DNA of 64,000 bases from Lama guanicoe (taxonomy: Eukaryota). The stretch is from NCBI GenBank assembly GCA_013239625.1, contig MU053629.1:406676-470675 (forward strand), in the 5' to 3' direction. The number at the start of each line of letters is the position of its first letter. Position 1 is the first letter of the stretch. The notes under the pieces are model-generated. The model saw only the letters and a program-made list of their open reading frames with translations. It ran no database searches and was not told the origin of the DNA. Shown here piece by piece: positions 11,853 to 23,907 of this stretch. The position numbers and the translations under genes were made by a program.

Positions 11853-13084
11853 TTCCTGGCTGGGGGGGGGCCTCTCCTGGGTTTTCCTGCCACTGGGCCC
11901 TGCTGCCTTGATCGGACCCCAGCACCCTGTGCTTCTCGGCGGGGGTGGGTGGGGGGGGACATGCACCAGGGATGGGGGGGACATGCACCACTGCTGCTGA
12001 AGACAAAAAGGTTTCCACTTGCCTGACGGTTTTCGCCTGCGTTCTCATACAAATCTCTACTTCTTTGATACTACTTTCCTTGTAAATGTGAAATTGAATA
12101 GAAAGTAAAGTTTGATGGATGGGGAGTTTAGTCACCGGGAAGGTGTATCCTTGCTTGTTCCTTTTTGGTCATGTGATTTGACTGTATTTTAAGAGTTGTC
12201 TGTGTGTGACTGTATTGTAAGTCACACCTGACTGGGACACGGTAATTAGCTACAGGCGTTCTTTAGTCTACAAAGGAACTCAGATACTTTTGTTGTAATT
12301 AAATCATTAGAAATTTGCTGTTGTAGAGGATCACTTTTATTCTTCCTAGCGGCCGAATATCAAGCATTCTTGGAGGCGCTGATGAAATGCTCATTTTAAA
12401 TGCAAATTCTGTGCACACTTAGAAAGAAAATGAAACGCTCTGGCCCCTAGCGCTCACGCTGCATTTTTGCCATTCCTTCTGATGGCCGAGGGGAGGGCTC
12501 CTGGCTAAGTCCTTCAGCATCTTTATTATGATTTTGGATTTGTACTTGCTGAGAGGAAGCCTTGCCCCGAGACATTAACCCTCTGTTGGCCATCTGTAGA
12601 CATCTCACTAGTTTTGGGGGTTTTTTTCCCCCCTTAGATGACGTTTGGATTTCTTCTCATTTGCTTTATGGACGATGGCTGTATTGGGAAACTTGTGGTG
12701 AGTGGTGTTTTGTTTGTTTGTCTGAGGCAAATGGAACGTGTTAAAATCCTTCAGCTTTTAGCAAGCGTGTGTGCCGTTGCTTTTCCGTCTCAGAAGATCC
12801 ACTTCCTTCGCTTCTCTTCTGCGTGTCTTTTCTCACTTTCCCTGTTAACCCAGTGACTGTGTCCCGGCTTGGAATCTGGAGAGACTGTGGCTTTGAGCAT
12901 AAAGGAGACAAAGGTTTCCCGTGCATCATGGCTGGACAAGCAGTTCACTCTCTGGCACTCTTTGAGAGGGAGAGCAACAATGCACATCCGGAGCCAGTTT
13001 GATATGTCAGTCCTCTCCCCTCATCAGACAAATTACATTCGGTTTCCTGAAAGTGAGAATTCTACTTGTAAAACAAGTCCTGTG

Positions 13085-13534
13085 TGTTGTGGGCCACAGT
13101 AGGGACCTGTTGGTTGGTGACATGGTGACGTGCGGGTTGGTAAAAGAATTTACCAGAGATAAAGTATGGGAGTGGAAAGGCATTTATTAGGGGTGCACTG
13201 TCATAGACAGCAGCACGCCACACAGAGGAGAGGTGCCTGTGTGGGCCCCGAGGGCCGGTTGTTGGGGTGTTTTATAAGGTGGGGGGGTCACAAGATGCCT
13301 GACAGGCTTGTGCACAAGTCTCTGACTGGCTGCAGGTGAGGTAAGAGGCTTAGGGTCCGTGAAGGGCGTTGGGGTCTGACTCTGATGAGGTGGGCTGAAG
13401 CAAGCCCGCCTGCGCCATTGTGAGATTAGGCGTTACCCGGGGCTGTTAGTTTGTTAGGGCAAACTTGCCCCGTGAAAAATGTCAGACATCTGAGAGCCCA
13501 GGAGTGGGGGTCGTTGGACTTTGAAGGCCCAACA
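13085..13534 (-). mobile_element. ERV solo LTR (450 bp), family not assigned
   Basis: Imperfect inverted termini TGTTGTGGGCC...GGCCCAACA; 5-bp TSD CTGTG (13080-13084 / 13535-13539); on the minus strand TATAAAA (13270-13276) followed by AATAAA (13183-13188). Confidence 0.85.
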
Positions 13535-13670
13535 CTGTGTTCTGTGGTTTTAGAGACCATTGGATTGTGTATGGAGGGGCTCGCCCTCTCAACTAAGCCG
13601 GTCTCTTTCATAGGAGTTGTCTTCATAGCTGGAGCCAGTAGAGAAGGTCTTGGGAATGGCAGAGTGGTCG

Positions 13671-14213
13671 TGAAATAGAGCTGGACCCTGTGGGGCCCTC
13701 TTGGGCACAAATCCTTTCTGTGACCCTCGTTTCTTGTTTGTAGCAAATAGGCTTCATTCAGCCTCCTTGACCTTCCTTGAGTTCCAAAAAGCAGATTCAA
13801 ACAGTTCCTTAGCAGGGAAGGGAGGGAATGCAGGAACTAAGGAGAAACAATCGAGAAAAAAATAGTGCGTCTTTGGACCAGGGTCCTGGTTCTTCCTTGT
13901 AGGATATACGTGGCAATGTCTTTGAGTTCTTCTCTGGGAACCCAGGTGGAGGATGGTGACTTCAGGCTGAACACAACATTCCTGGAACATCGTCCTGTTA
14001 CCTCACCACCAACCAGTCAGAAGGAAGTCTGCACACAGAAGGAAGATAAAGACTCTGACCCTCTCCCCAAATGATTCTTCCTTTAAAAACTTTAATGGTT
14101 GAGCAGAATCTTTGGAGCTGGTTTTTGGACATAAGTCTGCCGTCTCCCCAGGTTGTTGGCCCCCTGAATAAAGCAGCCTTTCCTTTCCAACCAGGACTTT
14201 GAGTTTAGTAGCA
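13671..14213 (+). mobile_element. ERV solo LTR (543 bp), ERV1-like
   Basis: TG...CA termini; 4-bp TSD GTCG (13667-13670 / 14214-14217); TATA-like CTTTAAAAA near 14081 and AATAAA at 14167-14172 ahead of a short U5. Confidence 0.85.
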
Positions 14214-14852
14214 GTCGCATGTTTCTTCTGTCCACAAGAACTTAATACTGTAGTGTGCCCCCTAAGCTGGGGTAGTGGGCTGGTCGATGGTTGCCAAGTA
14301 TTATGAATATGCAGAAACCTTCTACATCATTGAATGCAGTTGTAGCCATGCTATTTTCTTTTAATTTTATTATGAAACTTTTTTTTTTTTTGCTTTTGCG
14401 TTTTTGCAAAGCAGAATATAGAACTGAAAATGAAGCTTACATGTCTGTCCTTAGTTGGTTGACTGCATAGAATGATTTTAGAGTTGGAAGAAGATTGAAT
14501 CCAGGAACTCTCTGCTTTTCATTTCTCTGAACTGGAAGGTCACTGAGGACTTGGGTGATGCATGGTGATACTGAGAAACAGGTTTCTTTCAGCACTGCTC
14601 CTCCTCCCACTGGAAATGTGATAGACCTGAGAGAAGACTGGTGGGAAGGACCCCTGATCAAGGCATTAGGATGAGAGACAGTAGCTCTAGGCTTGGACAG
14701 CTGGCATGCTGAAAGACTTTCAGAAATGATGTTGGAATTAAGTGTTGAGATTGCAGAAATCTCTGAAATAGGCCAGCCTCCAGGCCAGGGAGCCCACTGG
14801 GGAAGAATCAGGACTCATGACTTTGCCCCAGTGTTCTTCCTGTGTCTTAGGT

Positions 14853-15074
14853 ATGTGTACTCAACTTTGGCACCATTCACATTTTGTGCTGGGTGAGTCT
14901 CTGTGTGGTGGCTGTCCTGTGCATCATAGGATGTCTAGCCCCATCCCTGGCCTCTGCCCACTAGGTTGTAGTAGCACCATCTCTGCCCACTTCAATTGTG
15001 ACAGTCAGAAGCGTCTCCAGATATCCCCAAACGTCCTCCGAGGAGGGGAAACTGCCCCCTGTTGAGAACCACTG
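14853..15074. mobile_element. MER20 (hAT-Charlie non-autonomous DNA transposon)
   Basis: CTCAACTTTGGCACCATT...GGCTGTCCTGTGCATCATAGGATG...CATCCCTGGCCTCTGCCCACTAG...GTCTCCAGA...GTTGAGAACCACTG matches the recalled MER20 consensus. Confidence 0.9.
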
Positions 15075-18000
15075 CTTTAAAGGTAAATGATATCCCTTAG
15101 AGTTCACGGATACAGCTTTTATATTGGCATGGCCCTTTTCCCCTTTTGCTTTGACATGTGAAATACACAGCTACAAAGGTGTTTGCTACAGCTCTTACAG
15201 TAGGTAACACTGGCTCAAAGACCGTTTGTGGGAAAGTGTTGAGCATAGTTCTAAACTGCATTGCATCGTGTTTGGGGTGGCACTTCCCCATGAGTAGATT
15301 TGCTGTGGTTTTCTTTCTAGATTTTGAACGCTGATGACTTGTCTCCGCTAAGCAGCTTGTAGCTGGAATTTTAGCCAATGGGTGTCAATGGGGAGAACAT
15401 AGGCACCGTGAGCGGTCAGAGTGTTCCAAAGTCCAAGGAGATTTTGGCAATCTGAAACCGATGAACAATCAGGCTCCTGTTTTGTGAACTTTGGGGTAAG
15501 CTCAGAAAAGAACACTCATCAACTTAACCTGCTCGAATATAGAGCAGAGGTATGGGCAGATTTTAAACTGGACCATGACCTTATGAATTAAGGAATAGCT
15601 TTGGGTGGATATGAATTGATAGATACAAAGGTGTAAAGAGCCCCAGACTGAGAGGCTGGAGACCTCGTTCTGTACGTGGGCTTGCCTCCAACTGCCTTCA
15701 TCAAGTCACCAAATATTCAGATAGTTGGTTCCTTGTCTGCAGGATGAAGGGCAGAGCCAAGATTTCTGCTTCCTGGATGGGGTGACATGCTGAGTGGCGA
15801 ACCTGGCCTGGGTATATGAAACCACAGGATAAATCTAAAACTCTCATTGGAGCTTTTATTCTAGTCAGGGAATCTGGAAGATAGAAGATTATTTCAGTAT
15901 GAAAGTAAGCATGCACATATTGAATAAATGAAAAGTCTGCATGATAAGAATTGGAGCTAGAATACAGAACTTGATGAATGAAATGAATGGAACCACATGC
16001 TTGCTGTGAATGGCTTCCCAGTGCTGGTGCTCCACCCTCTTCTGTCTGGTGAAATTCTAGCAGGAGAGTTTGATGATCCACGGAGCCAGGGATCTTGAAA
16101 GTTCTTCCTACATCTAACATTTCTGGCTGGAACAGAAGAGATAGACCTTTGGTGTACAATCTTGGGTAGGTTCATACTAATCACCAGAGAGGACCTTGGG
16201 CAGAATAGACAATCATAGTAAAGGTTTCAGGTACTTCATGTTTTCCTTCCTTCCTTTTGGTTTAAACGGGAAAGCTTTGGCTTCCGTTCTGCAGTGTGAG
16301 CCTGTCACCAAAACGAAAAAGAGGTTGGGTCTAGTGCTGTAGTGGGACCCTCAGAGTTTAACAGTTTACTTAAGAGCTTGCTGAATCTAAGAAATGTGCC
16401 AAGGGAGATAGCTGGCTGATTTAAAAATTTCTTGGAAATGCCTCTACCTGACTGACGACAAGGGGGTTGGCCTGTGGGCTCCATGTGAAAGTTAGAGCTA
16501 CTGACCTCTGTCTTAAAGCTGCGGTTGACCTGGCTGGGAAGAAGTGGGACTATTAAGACACTCTATTCATTCAGTTTTTATTTCTGGAATTACTTAATGT
16601 TGTATAGAAGTTTTTTTTTTTTTAATGTTGATGTTCGTGATGGTCCTTAAGAAACTAATGTTAAAGGCTTGAGATGGAACCCACGTCTCTGTGCTGTTTT
16701 CTGGAGAGGAAAAAGGCCACTGCTTGGCAGACGAGCAGAAGAACACCTATGAGCAAAGCAGTTCTTGAGGAAACAGCTCCTGTAACCATTGGTCAGCATC
16801 ACCTTATACGATGTCATAGAGATAATTTATAATGGTTTCATGAAAGCAGGAGTGGGTAGCAGTGGGGCTTTTCTTTGTCTTTTCTTGGTGTGTAATTGAA
16901 ACAGAGCTTGGACCAAATGAGAAACATTTGTGTTCAGGGGAAAAAAAAGATTCCAGAGGCTTCTCGAACGGGGTCAAATATTGCTTCCTTATTTTATTTG
17001 GAGCATGTAAGCAGACATCTCATCTGAGATCAGCATTAAGAACATTGCCATGTCTATCTGCTCACAAGCAAATGCATTTTCTGACCTAGGGAACTGTCTG
17101 AATTCTAGACCCAAATGACACATGCCATGAATCAGAAGAAAAAGCGTGTGGGTTTGATCTGTCTCAAAAGAAATCTATGCCTTGAGAGTGAGTTTATGAA
17201 TTCAGTTCTTTAAATAATGCTACTTATTGAGAACCTGTGTCCTTTGTAAAGAAAACTGTACCTGTGCGTTTTGAAGTCGCAGGCTCTTTGACTAGACCCC
17301 AGAGGATCACCGAGTTGGCTGCGAAAGTCTAGTTGTTCGGCCCTTGGGAAATAGAGCCTGAATGTATAGGCTAATGGATTTGAGTACTCAGGTTACTGGA
17401 GTGTGCCCAAACGAACAAAACAACCACATCTCAGAAACCCTTATTCAGGCTCTTGGTGTGCTTGGTTTGATTCTAGAATTGGCATCCTGAGACCCACAAG
17501 CACCCATGAGGCACTAGGCATAGGCATTTCATAGTTATCTGAGTCTTGGCTGTTTGCTAGGAGTCTTCACCGTTTGCTGTATAGGGTGCTGAGATATAGG
17601 TGATGCATTCTTGCCTGCCAGGAACTCAGTCGAGGGAGTGGGAAGGGCACTCAGAAGCTAACTCTGGGTATGAGGTTTTTCACAGAGGGCAGAAGCCTCT
17701 GGCTCGTAGGGGAAGGAAAGGCTCATTTTGATTGGGAGGTTCAGAGGGGTTGTCTTGGAGGCTTCGGGGCATGTGATCTGGGTTCTGGGAGAAGGGAGAT
17801 TTATATCAGATGAGGGGGTTGGGCTTTCCTGGAAGGAATGGCTTGGGAACAGACCCCAAAGTGGATGAGTAGGAGGCAGGATGTGGTGGGGTGTGGAGAG
17901 AATCCCAGACAACAGACGTGCTCTTGGAACTGGTTTGTGGTTCTGGTTTTGGGGGTGTCACTGTGGGCAGGGGGCTGAGTCAGAGGAGGTCTGAATGTGC

Positions 18001-20924
18001 AGGGCCTCGTCCCAAGGTGAGAGATTTGAGCTGCACCCCAAAAGCAGTGAACTGAAAGCACAGGGGAGAAAGGAGGTAGAGAAGACAGCAGTGTAAGCAG
18101 GCAGGCAGGCAGGCACAAGGAAGAGGACTGGGAGCACCTTGGAGTCTAATTCCATCTTTCTGCTGCTGTCAGACTGATTGATGGGGAAGCCAGGCTGCTC
18201 ACGTGGGCTGGGCCTCTGGGAAGACTGTCGAATCTTTCCTTGTATCTTTATTCCAGTCCTGAGTTTTCAAGCTTGAATATGAAATGACTGAGTGATACTG
18301 GACTCAAGGGGAAAGGTCCACTCAGCCCCTTCCTCCTCCTCACACTCTGTTACTGTTCATCTAAGTTACTTGCATATTCCTCCATGAAACACCATCTTTC
18401 TCCCTCTCCTCGCCCTTTCCTTACAATTAATCCACTGGGTGCTCTGTGCAAGGTGCTGGGGTGCCAGCAGGAGGGGACAGTCTGTGCCCTCAAGGAGCTC
18501 CAGGTTGAGACGGATGGGAGGAGAGATGATTTGGAACCGTGTGAGCAGTGTGATGGCGGGGTCCCTGCAAAGGGAATTGCAGGAAGGCTATACTGGGGCG
18601 CTGGGGGAGACTGCCCAGCTGCGGGCAGCCGTATGGGGATGGCTTATTTCAAAAATACTTCCTACCTTCACATGTGACCTCTAGTTTCTTCCAAACAGCA
18701 TAGCGCCTAAGTATGGCACATATTTGGGGGTCTTTTTTTTGTTTTTTTTTACCCCCTCTAACTCCCACTGCAGCACCAATTTGGGCAGAACACAGGCTAT
18801 TTCATTGTGTTGTGGAAATTATTCAAGGGATTTTTATTCTGTATGGGTCAAGTATTTGCCTATAGAATAAATTAATAATGCCCTGGAATTATTTTCTGCT
18901 GTTTAAAAAATGTATGTAGGGGCTATTGGGATGAATTAAACATTGATTTAAGAGCATTTATGTCTTCATGTCCTCCCTCCAAGGATACAAGAAGTAGAAC
19001 TACTATTGTGTATGTTGAGGGGGCGGAGGGGGTGTGCAAAACTTCTTGATGTTCAAAGGTACCAACTTCCTTTCCTCTCCCAGAGTTGAGCACAGTGCCT
19101 TGGCGTGTGTAAATCTGGAGCACATCCAAGCCTCCCACCCACCCCTTTAGTCTGCAGGCCACGCCTGTCGCCCGGGCGCAGGTATGATAATGGGGGAGAA
19201 GCACGCTGTAGCCTTTTCCTGCCTGTGTTCTCCGAGGTGTGAGAGAATCTTGAGAATTGAAAGTTTAGCACCAGCCGAGTGCCCCAGAGGTGCAGGCCTT
19301 TTATCAGAGGGTCTGCTTTCATCCCTGGCCCAGGCCCTTGATTTAAAGGAGCTAGCTGTTGGATGTATTGACTAAGGCCCTGAGGATAAGGTCTCACACC
19401 TCCCGGAGAGTTCCAGCCCCCTCCTTGGCTGGGGAGCCCCTGTCTGCGGGTTGTCTGGGTTAAACATCAAAACGCTACCTCTGGAATCTGTTTCCTGGCT
19501 TGGCCATCCTCCCGCGTGGGTCCCCTAGGGTGGAAACAGTGACTGCGCCTGTAAGCTAGCACTTGAACTTGGAGAAGGATCCCACTTAGGCACAGACTCA
19601 GTAGGAAAGGGGCATGAGATCATTCTGTTCCCATGTTAGCTGCGGAAACCCTTTGTCTTTCTGGAATTGGCTGGCCTTTACTTTTCCTGAACTCTCAGCG
19701 ATGGTGTCCCTGTAAGCTGTTGTTTTGAGTCAGTCAGGAATGGTGGGCTTGCGTGCATGTGCGCGCTTGTGTGCATTCTCTCTCTCATACTCACACTCAC
19801 GCACGCGCGCACACACAACCCACTCCCACCTTGAGCTCCGGAGAGAGGGCAGAATGCAATGGGATGTTCTACTTTTGAAGGTGACATACAAGAGAATACG
19901 TTTGTATTTTTAATTTGCCTTTTGCTTTGCTTTTTCAAACTGCAGACTTGGGCTAGGAGGGGAGTGGAAGAGACCCAGGAGGAGGTGAGGGGCTACGGTA
20001 TTTCCCTTTTTAGGCACTTTGCGCTGTGTGTCTGTCCTGCACCACTATTGGGTGCTGACTATCCAAAACTGGGTTAAAATGTTGTCTAGTGTCATGGTGT
20101 CAGTGTTGGGTGGTTGTAACTAAAAATGATAGTTTTGTCTGCTAGTAACATTACCCCCCAAAGGGTCTTTTTAGAAAGGCATGCTCTTGCAGAATTTATT
20201 AGGAAAGGTGCATACTTTCCTTATTTGGTCAAGATAATATTGGTGAGTGTGTGGGAAGGGCTAGGAATTGAGACACACTGGTCGTGTCTCCATATACCAT
20301 CCACCTACTTTTCTGACCAGGGGTGTCTGGACCACTCACTGAAAGAGGAGAATCCTCACAAGGAAGGTAGAGTAAAGATGAGGCACGTGAAGGAGAAATG
20401 TAAGGAAGCCCGGCCTCTGTACCCAGCCGAGGAAGGAAGTGGCCAGACGTTCCTCCAAGTTCTGCACAAGTGTCTTGGCTTCGCTTTTTCCTCAGCTGCT
20501 CAGGAAGACTCACTAAGATGGTACATGGTAACAGACTGTGCCCAGGAAACAGGCCTGCAGAGCCGAAAAGTGGAAGGACCAATGGGTTCGCAGAAACCCA
20601 ACACCAGCTTTTCCCAGAGTGACGGGCAGCCTGGGAGGTCAGCGTGGCCTCAGCCCAGAGCACAGGACTGCCCCAGGGCGTGGCCTTGTAAAAAAGAAGA
20701 TGTATTTATAGACGTTGCCTCGGGGGCCAGAGCTGGTAACTGTCCCCCGGCGGGCCCCACCCTCAGACAAGCACTGGGCTGGATTCACAGTTTTATTGCT
20801 GCGTCTCCAGCTGTGGCTGAAATGAGACTCCTGGAGGTCCTTGTCGTGGAAATGAATCTCTTTGTGAGGAAAACTGCTTTCCTCTGTGACATGCATATGG
20901 AAGAGTATATTAAACGTATAGGAA

Positions 20925-21120
20925 TTGTTGGAACATCTATGAAACCAACAACCAGGTTAAGAAATCAATGCCATGAATATCTTGGAAGCCTCCCTGTCGT
21001 CTCAGAGTCGTAATAAGCATCTTAATTTTTCATTTTAACCAATCCTTTTCTCATTACTTTTGTATGCATTTCTAAACCATGCAGATGTTTGTTGATACTT
21101 TTTTTCAGTTTTGAAAAACT
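20925..21120 (-). mobile_element. Old L1ME-like fragment
   Basis: AACATCTATGAAACCAACAACCAGGTTAAGAAAT...GAAGCCTCCC resembles antisense L1ME 3' UTR. Confidence 0.45.
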
Positions 21121-22058
21121 GAGTCCCAAGCACAAACATAGCTTTGGGAAAGTCCCTGTTGAAACTGTTTGGCAAAGGATCCCAGGCGAAGCCTAGGACT
21201 CTGGAACAGTTGTCAGCATTGCCGGCTGCAGAGTCATCCCCTTCCGCCATAAATGCTCCACGAGGCCAGTTTTCTCGCCGGTCCCTGCCCTCGTGTGTCA
21301 CATGGTAAATGGAGTTGCCACTCAAAGCCCTGTTTACCAAGGACTTGTGGAATGTTCAGAGAGAAATATACAAAGGGACTCCTCATATGCATAAAACCAA
21401 GGTCCTTAACCAGAGGTACAGAGAGAAACTTCAGGGGACTCGGGAACCCTTTGAAACTGAATCCTGCATGTTCCCCTTTTGGGTGAAAGGGTCCACATGT
21501 TTCTAGAGGAGTTTATGGATCCTCTCACCCATAAGGATAAGGAGTAATGTAGCCATTATGTTAGGTTGTCTTTTTTGGTTTTTTATTTTTGAAAATGAGT
21601 CCTGGGACTACTGAAGGTGGCTTGAAACGTTTACGAGTCTGCTTGTGTGAGTCTGCCCTGACTTCTTACCTGTGAGTGTGGAAAGGGACCTGGTAGTCGG
21701 TTGTGCCTTGGACTATGTGGGGGGGGGGTCCTTAACCGTTCTGTGGGTGGCCTACCAGGCTTTGCATTTTCTCTGAAATCAGACATCTTTTACTCTTGAC
21801 CCAGAGTAACTAAAATGCTAAAATGGGGGCGGGGGGACTGGAAGGGTTGCTGTAGTTTCAAAACAAATGACCTCACTGCCTAAATTCCACTTAATGCGAA
21901 AGAAACCCTAACTTTCGCCTTATAAATAATAATGGACCTTTGGGGAAACAGACCCAAATACCCATTTAGTGCGGGTGGGGGCAGATTTGTCACTGCTGAC
22001 GTGAACTCCCTAGAAACAGAATATGACTATTACACCAAATTTGTAGTTACTTCCTCAG

Positions 22059-22109
22059 AGAGATGGCAGTTTAAATTTATAATGACTGACATTCAGTTCT
22101 TCGAAGTAG
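22059..22109 (+). other. Candidate 51-nt exon (or 3' end of an alternative first exon)
   Basis: Acceptor TTACTTCCTCAG, strong donor TAG|GTGAGT, length divisible by 3, open frame RWQFKFIMTDIQFFEV. No protein recognised. Confidence 0.25.
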
Positions 22110-22934
22110 GTGAGTAATTATGCTTTGTGTAAGCTGACTCAGTGGGAGGTACTTCCAGCTTGTTCCAGCAATGTGTGGGAATTTCAGAATACACTCACTG
22201 AAGGACACGTGAGTCTCATCCCGTTCCTTCTCTTTCACGGATGAGCTGATGGAAGATCCCCTGGGTTAGGTGTGATCTGCTCATGGTCAAATGGAGCTGG
22301 AGCCCCAGGGGGAGAGGTGACTGTTTACATGATTATGGCTTAAATATGTAATTAGATGAAGATGAATTTTAAAAAAAACATAAGCAGAAGAGTCATTTTC
22401 CAGAGATGCAGCATTTTGATCATCCATTTCATTTCAGCAAAATGACTGTTGACAACAATCTCGGCCCCCTCACCTGCAGAATATACCACTGTTTATGGTC
22501 TCCAGGCATTTCCCTGGAGGGTTCTGGTCTCTCAGGTCTATGAACCTGAAATATGGAAAAGGAGCTTTCGTTTTTTTCTGTGCTGTTTCTATTTCGTACA
22601 TTCAGAATTTCTGGGCCTTGAGGTTTTTGTCTAGAGTTTTTAGACTTTTCTTCTTGTACTCAAATATGAACGGTTCTGGGTTCTTTTTTCTTTTTCTCTC
22701 TTTTTTTATTTTGTTTTTGAAGAAAACCAGGAGTTTCAGTTTGGCTGTTGGAAGTCTTTGGGGATTAAGGAGAGAGAACTAGAGGAATGGTTAAGATCTG
22801 GAACTGCAGGCTGCTTGGTCTCTTCTCCTTTGTTAAGAGCCAGGACGAATAAGAATAGCATTTATTTAGAAACTCAGTTTCATGAAGGAAGGTAATTTAC
22901 AGGTAAACGTCAGCTTATTATAGTTGTGAGCCTG

Positions 22935-23070
22935 CGATTCGCTTCCTGGCCTTGCCATTTCAGGCTGCTGATTTTGGACAAGGCCTGTCTTTCCTAAGTC
23001 TTGGCTTCTCTCATCTGTAAAGAGAGACGTTGCCTGATTATCTCCAAGGACCCTTTGCAGCCCTAGGTCT
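22935..23070 (+). mobile_element. MIR/MIR3 fragment
   Basis: Core TTCTCTCATCTGTAAAAG followed by ATCTCCAAGGACCCTTTGCAGCCCTA. Confidence 0.5.
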
Positions 23071-23333
23071 GGACTCCACGTTGAGGGATTTGCAGAGAGG
23101 CTGCTCTGGAGCTGCTGGTGGTGGATGGTGCCTCTCGTGTGATGGAGGGCAGCAGAGTTGCCAGCTGTGTCACTGCACAGGGCTCTGAAACCACTGGCTC
23201 CGCGTGGCATTTTCCTTTTCTGCTCTCTTTCTAATCTGAGCCCCATCTGTGTCATTCGATGTTTGGAGAACGCTGCTTACCCACTAACGCGGCCGCCCGC
23301 ACTCACGCGTGTCATTGGTCTCTTCTTTGCCAG

Positions 23334-23423
23334 CGCGCTGCTGCAGGGTAACATCTGGACTGGGCTCCCGGACCCTCGGATGCTCAGCTGCTGGCAAGTT
23401 CCTGGATCGACTTGTTGAAAACA
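23334..23423 (+). other. Candidate 90-nt internal exon
   Basis: Consensus branch point CACTAAC (23282-23288), ~60-nt AG-free zone, acceptor TCTCTTCTTTGCCAG, donor ACA|GTGAGT, locally CpG-rich; one open frame (RCCRVTSGLGSRTLGCSAAGKFLDRLVEN). No protein recognised. Confidence 0.4.
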
Positions 23424-23907
23424 GTGAGTAACCTCTGTGTTTTTTCTACTTTGGAATCTGAGGGCCAGAGGGGTGGTGGCCAGGAAACAGTCTCACTGAT
23501 GGACTGCCTCCCTCTGCAGCCCTCCTCCTGCACAGCCAGCTCCAGGAGCCATGGAGTTGGTGGCTGTGACTCTAGACACAGCCTTTCTGTCCCTGACGGT
23601 CAGACGGTCGTGAGGCCTTCTGTGTCCGCCTCCCCAGAGCTGATGGTCTATTATCCTCACCGGCCTGCAGGCAGAGATTCTTGATGGTGGCATGTGCAGG
23701 TGCGGTTTCTCATGGCTTAAATCCTCTTCCCCGGCAGTTCCTCCTCATCCATCACCTCTTAGCCTGGTGCAGCCGCTGATGCCAACCTCTTTTAGAGATG
23801 CCTCTCCCGCCTCCAGGTGTGCTTTCTAGCTCTTTCTCTCTCTGACCGTTGCTTGCATCTTTCTTTGCACTTAAAACAGGAGAGGTCTCTTGAGTCACTT
23901 GGACCAC

